From Candidatus Kuenenia stuttgartensis (GTDB lineage Bacteria > Planctomycetota > Brocadiia > Brocadiales > Brocadiaceae), in the NCBI RefSeq assembly GCF_900232105.1, contig NZ_LT934425.1, positions 1,860,001 to 1,892,000 on the forward strand: a stretch of 32,000 nucleotides of DNA, read 5' to 3'. Each line of letters begins with the position of its first letter. Position 1 is the stretch's first letter. The position numbers were made by a program, and so were the translations under genes. Shown here piece by piece: positions 10,245-19,082 of this stretch. The notes beneath the pieces were generated by a model. That model made no database searches and was not told the DNA's origin. It saw only the letters and a list, made by a program, of their open reading frames with translations.

Positions 10245-11432
10245 TTAATATATTCGCCTTAACTCACTTTTTGGATAATAATGTCCCAAAATCTCTCTCC
10301 AGTTAAACCCTTTTTTCGCCATGCCCTGTACGCCATACTGGCAAAGCCCGACGCCATGCCCCCAGCCTTTGCCGGAAAAGGTAATATTCTTGCCATTATT
10401 CCTGGCGGTAAATGCGGTGCTATATAAATTATTTGGCCCTACCAGCAGCCTGAATCTGTTTGCATTCATCAGTTCCTTCCCTTTTGCAGCAATAATTTCA
10501 ACCTCAGAACCATGCTCCCCAGGGCCATGATTTACCGTTTTAACAGAAACGATATTTGAAACGTTAACCTTCGCTTTTTGTAATTTCTGTAGTATTGAGG
10601 ATTTCTCAATATTAACGCTCCATGTGTAATATTTGGAATTTTCGCAGTACCCGCATTTTACCCCAGACAGCGGAGGAAGCTTTTCTTTGCCAAATACCAA
10701 ATTGACGTCCTCGGTATGTCCGCCGCAGGTGCTGTGAAAATAGGCAGAAAATATCTCTCCGTGATATGCCATAACAATGCCCGCCGTATCCTGTACAATT
10801 TTTACGCTTTTCGCAGTTTCTCCAAGCATGCCCCTGTATGCAAGCTCAGACTTATCCAGGTGGAACGGTTCGTTTTTTTTGGCCTTCCTTCTGTTTTCCA
10901 CATAAGTTCTTATGGCGACTGCCTGGGAACGTAAAGCGTCTTCTTCCCATGAATTCGGCATTTCGCACCCAAGTACGCCTACCACAAAATTCTCAATATT
11001 AATTTCTTCGATAACCGAAAATTCTTTGTCTGTTTGCGGTAATATCCGTATTTCGCCGCGATAGGGGATTGAATCCAATACAATACCGCTACCCCCTAAA
11101 TCTTTGATCCGTAACTCGCTATTGTAATGCCTCTTGCCGCCTAGGTTAATCCAGCCATTTTCGATAAAAACATTCGCTTTATCCAACTTCACACCTTCAT
11201 CTACCACATTGGACAAACCCCCCAAAATCTGATATCGCCCATCAACCGACAATTCAGCTTTTTTAACCCTATCCAGAAGGAGTATCCTGACGTTGAGAGC
11301 ACTTTCATCACGGGAAGCATAGTCCCGCCCCCCTTCTTCTATTTTTGTAATATCCCTCTTGCATGACAGATGAGTGACTGCAACAAGAAACGGCACAATG
11401 AACATTATTGCTATATAGAATGTTTTGTGCAT
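10245..11432 (-). CDS. SpoIID/LytB-domain protein (peptidoglycan lytic transglycosylase / amidase-enhancer family)
   Basis: Motifs LRSQAVAIRTY, YFHSTCGGHTED and GHGVGLCQYG are present, plus an N-terminal hydrophobic segment. The ORF-track start 11459 is a TTG; the first ATG is at 11432. The start is uncertain. Confidence 0.85.
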   Translation of the reverse strand: MHKTFYIAIMFIVPFLVAVTHLSCKRDITKIEEGGRDYASRDESALNVRILLLDRVKKAELSVDGRYQILGGLSNVVDEGVKLDKANVFIENGWINLGGKRHYNSELRIKDLGGSGIVLDSIPYRGEIRILPQTDKEFSVIEEINIENFVVGVLGCEMPNSWEEDALRSQAVAIRTYVENRRKAKKNEPFHLDKSELAYRGMLGETAKSVKIVQDTAGIVMAYHGEIFSAYFHSTCGGHTEDVNLVFGKEKLPPLSGVKCGYCENSKYYTWSVNIEKSSILQKLQKAKVNVSNIVSVKTVNHGPGEHGSEVEIIAAKGKELMNANRFRLLVGPNNLYSTAFTARNNGKNITFSGKGWGHGVGLCQYGVQGMAKKGFNWREILGHYYPKSELRRIY

Positions 11433-11495
11433 GATTTTATACCAAAAAAATGGCAACAATTTAGTTTTTGAAAAACCACGGTAAGGGGGAACATG

Positions 11496-12131
11496 TCATC
11501 TTGAACAATGGCATATTTCGCCACCGCTTTTTGCCGGCAACCCCCCGGAAGTATCTTCATTCTCCTTGTACTGAAGGCTATTTCCCTTATATAATTCCCG
11601 GGTCGTATCTTTGTATCTTTCATATTCACTGAAGACACAACCACAATAGCCCTGCCGGTAAATCATGTTTTTTCGTGCAATTTCATTGCTATGCTCAGAT
11701 AAATAACGATAATCACGATACAAAAAAGGTATCTCTTTTTCTTTTGATAGCCTTTCGGAAATTTCTTTTAATTGTACATGGTCCTGGTACCTGCTGAATA
11801 ACATTGTAGAGGTGAAGGCGTCATACGTATGTTTTTTTGCATACGATGCGGCACAATCAAGCCTCATGGCATAGCAATCTGCGCAACGGTTGCCTCCCTC
11901 ATAATTCACATTTTTCAAAAAATCTCTTAATCCATATTCTTCGTTAAAAATAATTTTTACTGGATTTTTTTCCTGAAAAACCCGCAATGCTTTTATTCTA
12001 CGGCGAAACTCAAGCAATGGATGTATATTCGGATTATAAAAAAACCCGGTAACGGCAAAACCTTCTTTTTTCAATTCATTGAGTGGCGCACATAAACAAC
12101 ATGCGCAACAGATATGTAATAATAGCTGCAT
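11496..12131 (-). CDS. queH: epoxyqueuosine reductase QueH (DUF208 family)
   Basis: It has LLLHICCACC at the N-terminus, CADCYAMRL, and YRQGYCGCVFSE near the C-terminus. These are the conserved Cys motifs of DUF208/QueH. Confidence 0.85.
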   Translation of the reverse strand: MQLLLHICCACCLCAPLNELKKEGFAVTGFFYNPNIHPLLEFRRRIKALRVFQEKNPVKIIFNEEYGLRDFLKNVNYEGGNRCADCYAMRLDCAASYAKKHTYDAFTSTMLFSRYQDHVQLKEISERLSKEKEIPFLYRDYRYLSEHSNEIARKNMIYRQGYCGCVFSEYERYKDTTRELYKGNSLQYKENEDTSGGLPAKSGGEICHCSR

Positions 12132-12152
12132 ATTTGTTTGAAAATTCCTTTG

Positions 12153-13217
12153 CTATTGAAATATCTTTTTTTGCGCCGGCATTTGTTTGTGAACACCGAG
12201 ATGCTCGTATGTTTGTTTTGTGGCAATTCTCCCCCGCGGCGTTTTTTCCAAATAACCTCTTTGGATAAGGAAGGATTCATACACTTCTTCTATAGTATCT
12301 TCTTGTTCATTTACCGATACTGCTATCGTTTTTAATCCGATAGGGCCTCCTCCGCTTTTTACTACCGTCTGCAAAATCTTGCGGTCCATTTCGCATAAAC
12401 CATTTTCGTCTACGCCCAACATCTCCAGCCCCCTGAGTGCTATTTTCTCGTCTATCACATCCTTCCCGTCTTCTCCTAACACCTGGGCCACATCCCGAAT
12501 TCTCCTTAAAAACCTGTTTGCAATCCTCGGGGTGCCACGCGACCGCTTTGCTATTGCTTCTGCACCCTTTACCTCAATTGGTATCGCAAGCTTACGCGCA
12601 GAATTACACACAATTTTATACAGATCTTCCCATGGATAAAATTCCAGTTTCTCAAGTACCCCAAACCGTGACCGTAACGGTGCAGTAAGCAACCCCTCAC
12701 GGGTAGTGGCTCCAATAAGTGTAAACCTTTGCAGGTTTATTTTTACCGACCTCGCTTTTTGCCCCTGGTCAATAATTATATCGATGGAGAAATCTTCCAT
12801 TGCAGAATACAAATATTCTTCTACATTAGTATTTAATCGATGAATCTCATCAATGAAAAGAATTTCACCTTGCTGTAAATTGGTTAAAATGCCCGCAAGG
12901 TCTGCCGGTTTATCCAATATGGGACCGGAAGTCGTCCTTATAGCGGTATTTGTTTCACTCGCAATGATTTGGGATAACGTCGTTTTCCCCAAACCAGGCG
13001 GGCCGGAAAACAAGACGTGATCAATTGGTTCACCCCTTTTTTTTGCCGCTTTTATATAGATATGCAGGTTTTCTTTTATACGATCTTGTCCTATGAAATC
13101 ATTAAATCTTTTCGGCCTAAGCGTAAGATCAAGATTACTATCTTCAATTGCCGCGGAAGAAGACAATACCCCTTCATTTAACATGCCCGATTCCTTACTT
13201 AGTAAATTAAGAACCAT
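12153..13217 (-). CDS. ruvB: Holliday junction branch migration DNA helicase RuvB
   Basis: It has Walker A GPPGLGKTT, Walker B LFIDEIHRL, and the RGTPRIANRFLRR winged-helix region. It lies immediately downstream of ruvA. Confidence 0.97.
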   Translation of the reverse strand: MVLNLLSKESGMLNEGVLSSSAAIEDSNLDLTLRPKRFNDFIGQDRIKENLHIYIKAAKKRGEPIDHVLFSGPPGLGKTTLSQIIASETNTAIRTTSGPILDKPADLAGILTNLQQGEILFIDEIHRLNTNVEEYLYSAMEDFSIDIIIDQGQKARSVKINLQRFTLIGATTREGLLTAPLRSRFGVLEKLEFYPWEDLYKIVCNSARKLAIPIEVKGAEAIAKRSRGTPRIANRFLRRIRDVAQVLGEDGKDVIDEKIALRGLEMLGVDENGLCEMDRKILQTVVKSGGGPIGLKTIAVSVNEQEDTIEEVYESFLIQRGYLEKTPRGRIATKQTYEHLGVHKQMPAQKKIFQ

Positions 13218-13229
13218 TACAGCACTCTA

Positions 13230-13820
13230 TTATGTTTTAAACTTCAAGGCTTCCCGCACAAGAACTTCTATATTGTCCACCAAATTCAATTTTTTTACGG
13301 CCTCTTTTACTGCGTTTTCCGCCACAGGCCTGCCATATCCTAAAGAAATTAACGCCATAATTGCATCGTCGGCAAATGCCCTTTGTCTGCCATCCATTTC
13401 TATATCTATGGATGCTTTTGCCCCTTTAACGCTTTCCTTTAGTTCCAACACAATTCGTTCCGCTGTTTTTTTTCCCACTCCTTTGATTCGCATTAATGCC
13501 TTTGTGTCTTCTCTGGCTATTGCACACTTAATATCGTTTGCCGTACTGCCGGATAGTATGGCAATTGCCATAGTTGGCCCAACACCATTTACCGATAGCA
13601 ATAGCTGGAATAAGCCCCTTTCTTCATCTGAGGCAAATCCAAACAGTTTTATGCCATCTTCTCTCAAAAACAACTGAGTATGAATTGTAACTTCGCCACG
13701 GCTGGGAATTTTTTCAAAAGTAGAGATTGGAATGTGTAATAAATAACCAACGCCTGCAACTTCCAAGACCAACTTGGTGGGAGATTTGCTAATCACTTGC
13801 CCCCGGATGTAATCTAACAT
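13230..13820 (-). CDS. ruvA: Holliday junction DNA-binding protein RuvA
   Basis: It has the MLDYIRGQV...L.V.GVGY N-terminal OB domain and HhH motifs (LLSVNGVGPTMA, IKGVGKKTAERIVLELK). GGAAGG SD is present. Confidence 0.95.
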   Translation of the reverse strand: MLDYIRGQVISKSPTKLVLEVAGVGYLLHIPISTFEKIPSRGEVTIHTQLFLREDGIKLFGFASDEERGLFQLLLSVNGVGPTMAIAILSGSTANDIKCAIAREDTKALMRIKGVGKKTAERIVLELKESVKGAKASIDIEMDGRQRAFADDAIMALISLGYGRPVAENAVKEAVKKLNLVDNIEVLVREALKFKT

Positions 13821-14056
13821 AAGAATACCTTCCGCAACACACTGCTATATAACATCCAGCGCCATTCCTGCCATTTTCTTTGAGGCCTTTCCGCAAACAC
13901 GCCTCCTGCCACTTTATACCGCCAACATTTATATCTGTCTGAAAGGGGTTTCTATTTTGTTGATTTCCAAGAAAAACTTACTTGTGGAACACGAAAAAAT
14001 GCTGACCTTCAGATTGCAATCTGCCTAAACCGACCATGGCAAAGCAAACTGCCAAA

Positions 14057-15199
14057 TCAACCTTTTGCCCTCTTCAGGGAACCAGTCTTTTTGCCAGTGG
14101 ATTTCTCGATATTGTGCCCATCATAGGATTGTCCCAATTGTAATCCTTTTTGTATCAATATTGCCTTTATTTCGTTAAGAGAGGTTTCCCCAAAATTTTT
14201 AAATGTCAACAAATCTGGTTCTGAAATTCTTGTCAGATCTCTTAAGGTATGAATATTCATTTTTTCAAGGCAATTTCTGCTCCGAACGGAAAGTTCGAAG
14301 TCGGAAATGGGAATATTTAACACGTCACCTTCATGTCCCTGTTTTTTCGACGCCTCCTCATCAAAAACCATTTCCGAAGAAGCCTTTGCACTCTTCAGGC
14401 AAAATGAGGCCCTTTCGTGCATAGGCTCTACATCCAAAACGGCTTCATAACAAAAAATTGCGTCATCATATTTTCCATTGTCTTCGTATAATATCCCTAA
14501 ATTCATGTATGCATTTTTATGGGCAGGACGGAGGTTGGTGCATCGTTCATAATATTCAATCGCAAGGTCGTCTTCCCCGGCGATATCGTAATTAAATGCC
14601 ATTTGAAAAAGAGATTTCGTATGATTTGGTTCGATCTGAAGCGCCTTGTCGTAATGCACGAAAGCCTCTTCGTACATCCCCAAGGACTCCAGGCAATGTC
14701 CCCATTGATAATGCAGTTCAGCGTTGTCGTTGTGTGACTGTGAAAAATTCTTTATTACCTTTAATGCCTCATTGCTGTCGCCCGCCATTCTTTTTGTCTC
14801 GGCAATATCCATGCAGATATCAAATTCTTCATCATCTGATTTTTTCGCCCGTTCAAAACACTCTAACGCATTTTTATAATCACCCAATTCCTGATAACAT
14901 TTCCCCAGGTAATACGAGCCTATTTTCCTTGTCTTTACTTCATTCAATAAGCCCATAGCTTCTTTCGTTTCTCCAATGATCCACAAACATATTCCCAGCA
15001 ACAGCTTTTTGTCTTTCAGTTTAGCGTTATCAGTTTCCTTCCTTATTCCTTCCCTTAATGACTCTATTTTTTTATCAAAGATCTTCCTGTTTTCTAAAAA
15101 GCCTAAAACTTTTTGTTTTATCTCAGCAACAGTCTCTCTTGAAATTGTTTCAGCGTCAAGGAGTTTGTTGATATCTAACTCAGATACCGTATCTGCCAT
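14057..15199 (-). CDS. TPR-repeat protein fused to an RNA polymerase alpha-subunit C-terminal-domain (alphaCTD)-like module
   Basis: About 5-6 TPR units (for example YYLGKCYQELGDYKNALECFERA, HYQWGHCLESLGMYEEAFVHYDKAL) are followed by ISDFELSVRSRNCLEKMNIHTLRDLTRISEPDLLTFKNFGETSLNEIKAILIQKGLQLG. That segment aligns residue-for-residue with the E. coli RpoA CTD core (ELTVRSANCLK...LGKKSLTEIK..L...GL.LG). Confidence 0.8.
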   Translation of the reverse strand: MADTVSELDINKLLDAETISRETVAEIKQKVLGFLENRKIFDKKIESLREGIRKETDNAKLKDKKLLLGICLWIIGETKEAMGLLNEVKTRKIGSYYLGKCYQELGDYKNALECFERAKKSDDEEFDICMDIAETKRMAGDSNEALKVIKNFSQSHNDNAELHYQWGHCLESLGMYEEAFVHYDKALQIEPNHTKSLFQMAFNYDIAGEDDLAIEYYERCTNLRPAHKNAYMNLGILYEDNGKYDDAIFCYEAVLDVEPMHERASFCLKSAKASSEMVFDEEASKKQGHEGDVLNIPISDFELSVRSRNCLEKMNIHTLRDLTRISEPDLLTFKNFGETSLNEIKAILIQKGLQLGQSYDGHNIEKSTGKKTGSLKRAKG

Positions 15200-15610
15200 A
15201 TTACCGAATCTCCATCTGTTTTACTAAAATGCAATTACTTAAAAGACGTTCTTTTAAGGTATTTAAGGGATTGAGTTTAACAAACTTAAACTTTAAATTC
15301 AACTAAATTTTCCGCCTGAAACGTTACAACATATATATAAATAATTACTTATGATTTTAAGGGAAAATGAACTTTTAAACACTCCTAAATTATAAGATTA
15401 GTTCCTAAAAAAATTTCATTTAGAATTTTTTCATTTCCCCATGGCTTTGAAAAAATGATATAAGTGGAAAACATCCGGCGGGACAAAGTTTCAGTAGCAA
15501 AGGTAAAAAGAGGTTGAAACCACAGATTTCCAGGCTTGTTTCGTTTTTGTATAATAAGCTTCCATGCAACACTTTTTTTGTTTTTTATCATTTGAAAATG
15601 CAATAATCCT

Positions 15611-16303
15611 ATGGAATTTATCACAACTAACTTCGAAAATCTTATTTATATCTATGAACATATTTTCTGGCTTAAAGAGTGCCTTACCCTATTGCAATCG
15701 GCACTTGTTTTTCTCCTTGTATTATGGATTTTGCGAAGAAAGCAAAAAATAGAATTTCTCCTCTATCTTTCCGCTTGCATTGGCATTGCATGTGTGTATT
15801 TTGGCGACAATGAATACTGGAGTGATAATGACATTCTCAAATTTATCGCCCCGGCTTCATTATATTTTTTTTATAATACAACTGGGAAAGAGAGAAATGC
15901 CATCCTCTTTGCGTTTCTTACGCCCTATTCTATAATCTCTTACGAGTTTTACCGCGGTTTGGAATTCGCAATAGCATCCATACTTTCACATTCCCTGGTT
16001 ATTTTCAGCATTATTATTGCGAAAAACACCTACTATCTCTCTCTGTTTATTAGCGTAGTGGTAGGCCTTCTCTTTAATTATATCGGGGCTACTACCTCGC
16101 CCGGCACAAACGATCTTTTTATAAATCCTGTACTGCTCACATTAGCCACCATTTGGCTTGAAATATATAAAAAAAATCCTCTTTACACAAATTTTCTGAA
16201 AATCTTTTGGATTACGCTTATTTGTTTTGCTTATTTCGGTAGCTGGCTTTTTTGCGTTACTCAGCCATTTATCGCCTCATTCTTTCAACCAAATCATCCT
16301 TAA
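15611..16303 (+). CDS. hypothetical polytopic membrane protein (about 6 TM)
   Basis: Repeated hydrophobic 20-aa stretches and F/Y/I/L-rich composition are coherent over 230 codons. I recognise no family, and there is no SD before the ATG. Confidence 0.5.
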   Translation: MEFITTNFENLIYIYEHIFWLKECLTLLQSALVFLLVLWILRRKQKIEFLLYLSACIGIACVYFGDNEYWSDNDILKFIAPASLYFFYNTTGKERNAILFAFLTPYSIISYEFYRGLEFAIASILSHSLVIFSIIIAKNTYYLSLFISVVVGLLFNYIGATTSPGTNDLFINPVLLTLATIWLEIYKKNPLYTNFLKIFWITLICFAYFGSWLFCVTQPFIASFFQPNHP

Positions 16304-16889
16304 CAAGGATAAGCCGGATCCAAATAAGCATAAAACAGGAAGAAAAGAGACAGAGAAGGTTGGCATTGCAGCCTTTTTCGAAAAACCACACATGCCTACC
16401 CCTGCCGACAAGCCCCGCTTCTCGCGAAAAAAGTTGATCATTTTATACGTCTCTAAAACCATAAATGCACAAACAAAGTATCCTTGCAAAATGAAATGCT
16501 TGTTTCTCGTCCGAAATAAAACATAGCGCAAGGTAGATATTATAAATAACCCATACCTGTTAAGAGCTTAAAATCAGATCCCTGCAATAGTATAATTTGT
16601 CACATAAGCTATGCATTGAATAGTGGTTATATCATTCAGCAGAATGCTTTAGCAAAATGCCTGCGTGAGACTCCTTGCACTATAGGCTTGTGCTGTATAT
16701 CAAAATTTTAGCATAGACGTCCATGGACAACACTGTGCAAGTTCAACTAAGACAAACATAATTTGCCCCTGCCGCACAGCATAAAAAGCACATTTTGTAA
16801 ATATCCTGAGTATGATTAAGTATATATGACATATTCATGTGTATAAAAGGTGTATTGTTTTGGGAGCGCAATTTGCTTGACTTGTGACT

Positions 16890-16908
16890 ACTTCTTTTTA
16901 AAAGAAGT
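16890..16908. promoter_or_regulatory. candidate operator: 9-bp perfect inverted repeat upstream of the SulP gene
   Basis: ACTTCTTTT-T-AAAAGAAGT lies 62-80 nt upstream of the ATG at 16970. It is flanked by direct TGTGAC copies (16883-16888, 16911-16916) and preceded by TTGACT (16877-16882). Confidence 0.3.
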
Positions 16909-16969
16909 GGTGTGACAAGAAGGTACTATCGTATAAAAATATTCTTAAGATTTACAATTAAGGAGGTAA

Positions 16970-18928
16970 ATGAGTGTGTCGAAATTAAACGGTGCTCAAG
17001 AGCCCGTTCCGAATGCCGGCTTTTCCGGAATGGGACAAAATTTTAAAAAAGACTTTAATGCGGGATTTCTGGTTTTTTTAATTGCACTTCCGTTGTGTCT
17101 GGGGATTTCTCTTGCCTGTGGTTATCCGGCAATAGCAGGCATATTCACTGCGGTTGTAGGCGCAGTCGTTACAACGTTTATTAGTAATTCACAGTTAACA
17201 ATAAAAGGGCCGGCCGCGGGGTTAATTGTTATTGCAATTGGTGCAGTTACCGATTTCGGGTATACCGGGGGAAGAGACATCGCCGCAGATATTCAAGCCT
17301 ACAGAATGGCGCTGGGGGTAGGTGTCGCCGCCGGCTGCTTACAGATTATATTTGGTCTTCTCCGGGTAGGCTCACTTGGGGATTTTTTCCCCTTATGTGC
17401 TGTACATGGCATGTTAGCCGCTATTGGCATTATTGTCATTCTCAAACAATTTCCCATAGTATTAGGCGGTACTGCGGCAGGTGAACCTTTTGAATTAATG
17501 GCAGAGATACCCAGGGTTATCATTGATATGAATCCTTACATTGCGGCAATAGGCATCGGCAGTTTAATTATCATGTTTGGTATCCCAAAGATAAAGCATA
17601 AGTATAAAATACTGCAAAAGATTCCTCCTCCAATGTTTGTGCTATTTTTTGCAATACCGCTTTGTTTATCTCTTGGAGTGCCAAATGAAGGCATTTATGT
17701 CTTTGAAGGATATGAATATAACCTCGGAAAAGAATTCATGGTAAATATTCCAGGCAATATGTTCAAGGCAATCGCCTTCCCGGATTTTTCTTCATTAAAA
17801 TACATTGCAGGATGGAAATGGGTAATAATGTTTGCACTGATAGGAAGCATCGAATCCCTTCTTAGCGCAAAGGCGATAGATATTCTTGATCCATGGAAAA
17901 GGAAAACAAACCTTGACAGGGATTTGTTTGCTGTTGGAATAGGAAACACACTGTGTGCATTTATCGGCGGACTGCCTATGATATCTGAAATTGTGCGTAG
18001 TAAGGCAAATATAGACAATGGTGCGCGCACACGTTTTGCAAACATGTACCACGGTCTATTGTTGCTGCTTTTTGTCGCGCTTGTGCCTTTTTTACTTTGC
18101 AAAATACCCCTGGCGGCGCTAGCCGCAATGCTTGTATACACAGGGTTTCAGTTAACCGCGCCAAAGGAATTTGTTCATACTTACAAAATTGGCGTGGAGC
18201 AGTTGGTCATATTTGTCACTACATTAGTAGCAGTATTGGCAACGGACCTGGTCATCGGAATCGCCATAGGCATAGGAGCAAAATTTTTCGTACATATCAT
18301 AAACGGCGTACCCCTTCGGTCATTATTCAGGCCGTATCTGGATGTTAAGATAAAGGACGATAAGACGGTAGTAATTTTCGCAAGCGATTCGGCTGTTTTC
18401 AGCAACTGGATTCCGTTCAGAAAACAGGTAGAATACTTCCTTAAAGAAGATAAAAATGTAATATTGAACATGTCAAAAACAAAGCTTATTGATCATAGTG
18501 TTATGGGAAAGCTAAACGAGTTCGAGCATGAATTCGAGCGTAAAAATCTTACCCTGGAAGTAGTTGGTTTAGAGGCACATCAAAAGCTGTCGGGACATAA
18601 ACTTTCTGCCATGAAACATAACAGGGAATTGATCGTAAGAAAACATGTAAGCATTGTTGCTGAAACGGGAGCCCAGGCGTTGGTAAGGAAAGGCTTTATG
18701 AACCTTGATATTGCCAGGTTTGCAAGCATAGAACCGGTCAAAAAGCTGACGGACACACCAAATGCAGCATATTCTTTAGTGCGTATTGAAGCACTGCTGC
18801 AAAATGAAAAAGCCGATGAGCTTTTTGAGTATTTACGTGAGGAAATATTACCAAAGCACCCCGATACAATTGTCAGCATCGAAGATGTCGAAATGGTGTT
18901 GCCTTATGAAAGAAATCCGCAAAAATAG
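16970..18928 (+). CDS. SulP-family inorganic anion transporter with STAS domain and an additional C-terminal domain of about 95 aa
   Basis: The N-terminal region is typical of SulP (FLVFLIALPLCLGISLACGYPAIAGI..., SIESLLSA, EIVRSKANIDNGARTR). The STAS-like segment is VVIFASDSAVFSNW...NLTLEVVGL. AAGGAGG SD is present. At 652 aa it is about 100 aa longer than usual SulP proteins. Confidence 0.9.
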   Translation: MSVSKLNGAQEPVPNAGFSGMGQNFKKDFNAGFLVFLIALPLCLGISLACGYPAIAGIFTAVVGAVVTTFISNSQLTIKGPAAGLIVIAIGAVTDFGYTGGRDIAADIQAYRMALGVGVAAGCLQIIFGLLRVGSLGDFFPLCAVHGMLAAIGIIVILKQFPIVLGGTAAGEPFELMAEIPRVIIDMNPYIAAIGIGSLIIMFGIPKIKHKYKILQKIPPPMFVLFFAIPLCLSLGVPNEGIYVFEGYEYNLGKEFMVNIPGNMFKAIAFPDFSSLKYIAGWKWVIMFALIGSIESLLSAKAIDILDPWKRKTNLDRDLFAVGIGNTLCAFIGGLPMISEIVRSKANIDNGARTRFANMYHGLLLLLFVALVPFLLCKIPLAALAAMLVYTGFQLTAPKEFVHTYKIGVEQLVIFVTTLVAVLATDLVIGIAIGIGAKFFVHIINGVPLRSLFRPYLDVKIKDDKTVVIFASDSAVFSNWIPFRKQVEYFLKEDKNVILNMSKTKLIDHSVMGKLNEFEHEFERKNLTLEVVGLEAHQKLSGHKLSAMKHNRELIVRKHVSIVAETGAQALVRKGFMNLDIARFASIEPVKKLTDTPNAAYSLVRIEALLQNEKADELFEYLREEILPKHPDTIVSIEDVEMVLPYERNPQK

Positions 18929-18944
18929 GATAAATGTGATTGCC

Positions 18945-18983
18945 AAAAATTACCGTGGCACTTTTTGTGTCACGGTAATTTTC
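18945..18983. terminator. bidirectional rho-independent terminator between the SulP and Cache genes
   Basis: AAAATTACCGTG (18946-18957) pairs with CACGGTAATTTT (18971-18982) across a 13-nt loop. An A-tract lies 5' and a T-tract lies 3', so either strand reads hairpin plus U-run. It starts 17 nt after the SulP stop. Confidence 0.65.
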
Positions 18984-19082
18984 TTCTCTGAGTCACCTGA
19001 AAACAAATAGGGTGAAAATCGTTGCCGGCAGGCATGTTTTCCAGGGATTAATTGAAATTTGAAGAGGACGACGGAAGGATAT

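Noticed and set aside
13093-13677. 194-aa plus-strand ORF spanning the ruvB/ruvA junction
   Set aside because: It is antisense to two unambiguous genes and crosses their intergenic gap. No motifs are present.
15385-15624. 79-aa minus-strand ORF in the AT-rich divergent region
   Set aside because: It has no SD and overlaps the start of the plus-strand membrane-protein gene. Its composition is typical of a random AT-rich frame.
16227-16531. Overlapping 61-99-aa ORFs on both strands at the start of the long SulP upstream gap
   Set aside because: They are mutually overlapping, have no SD, show basic low-complexity translations and match no recognisable family. They are treated as non-coding.
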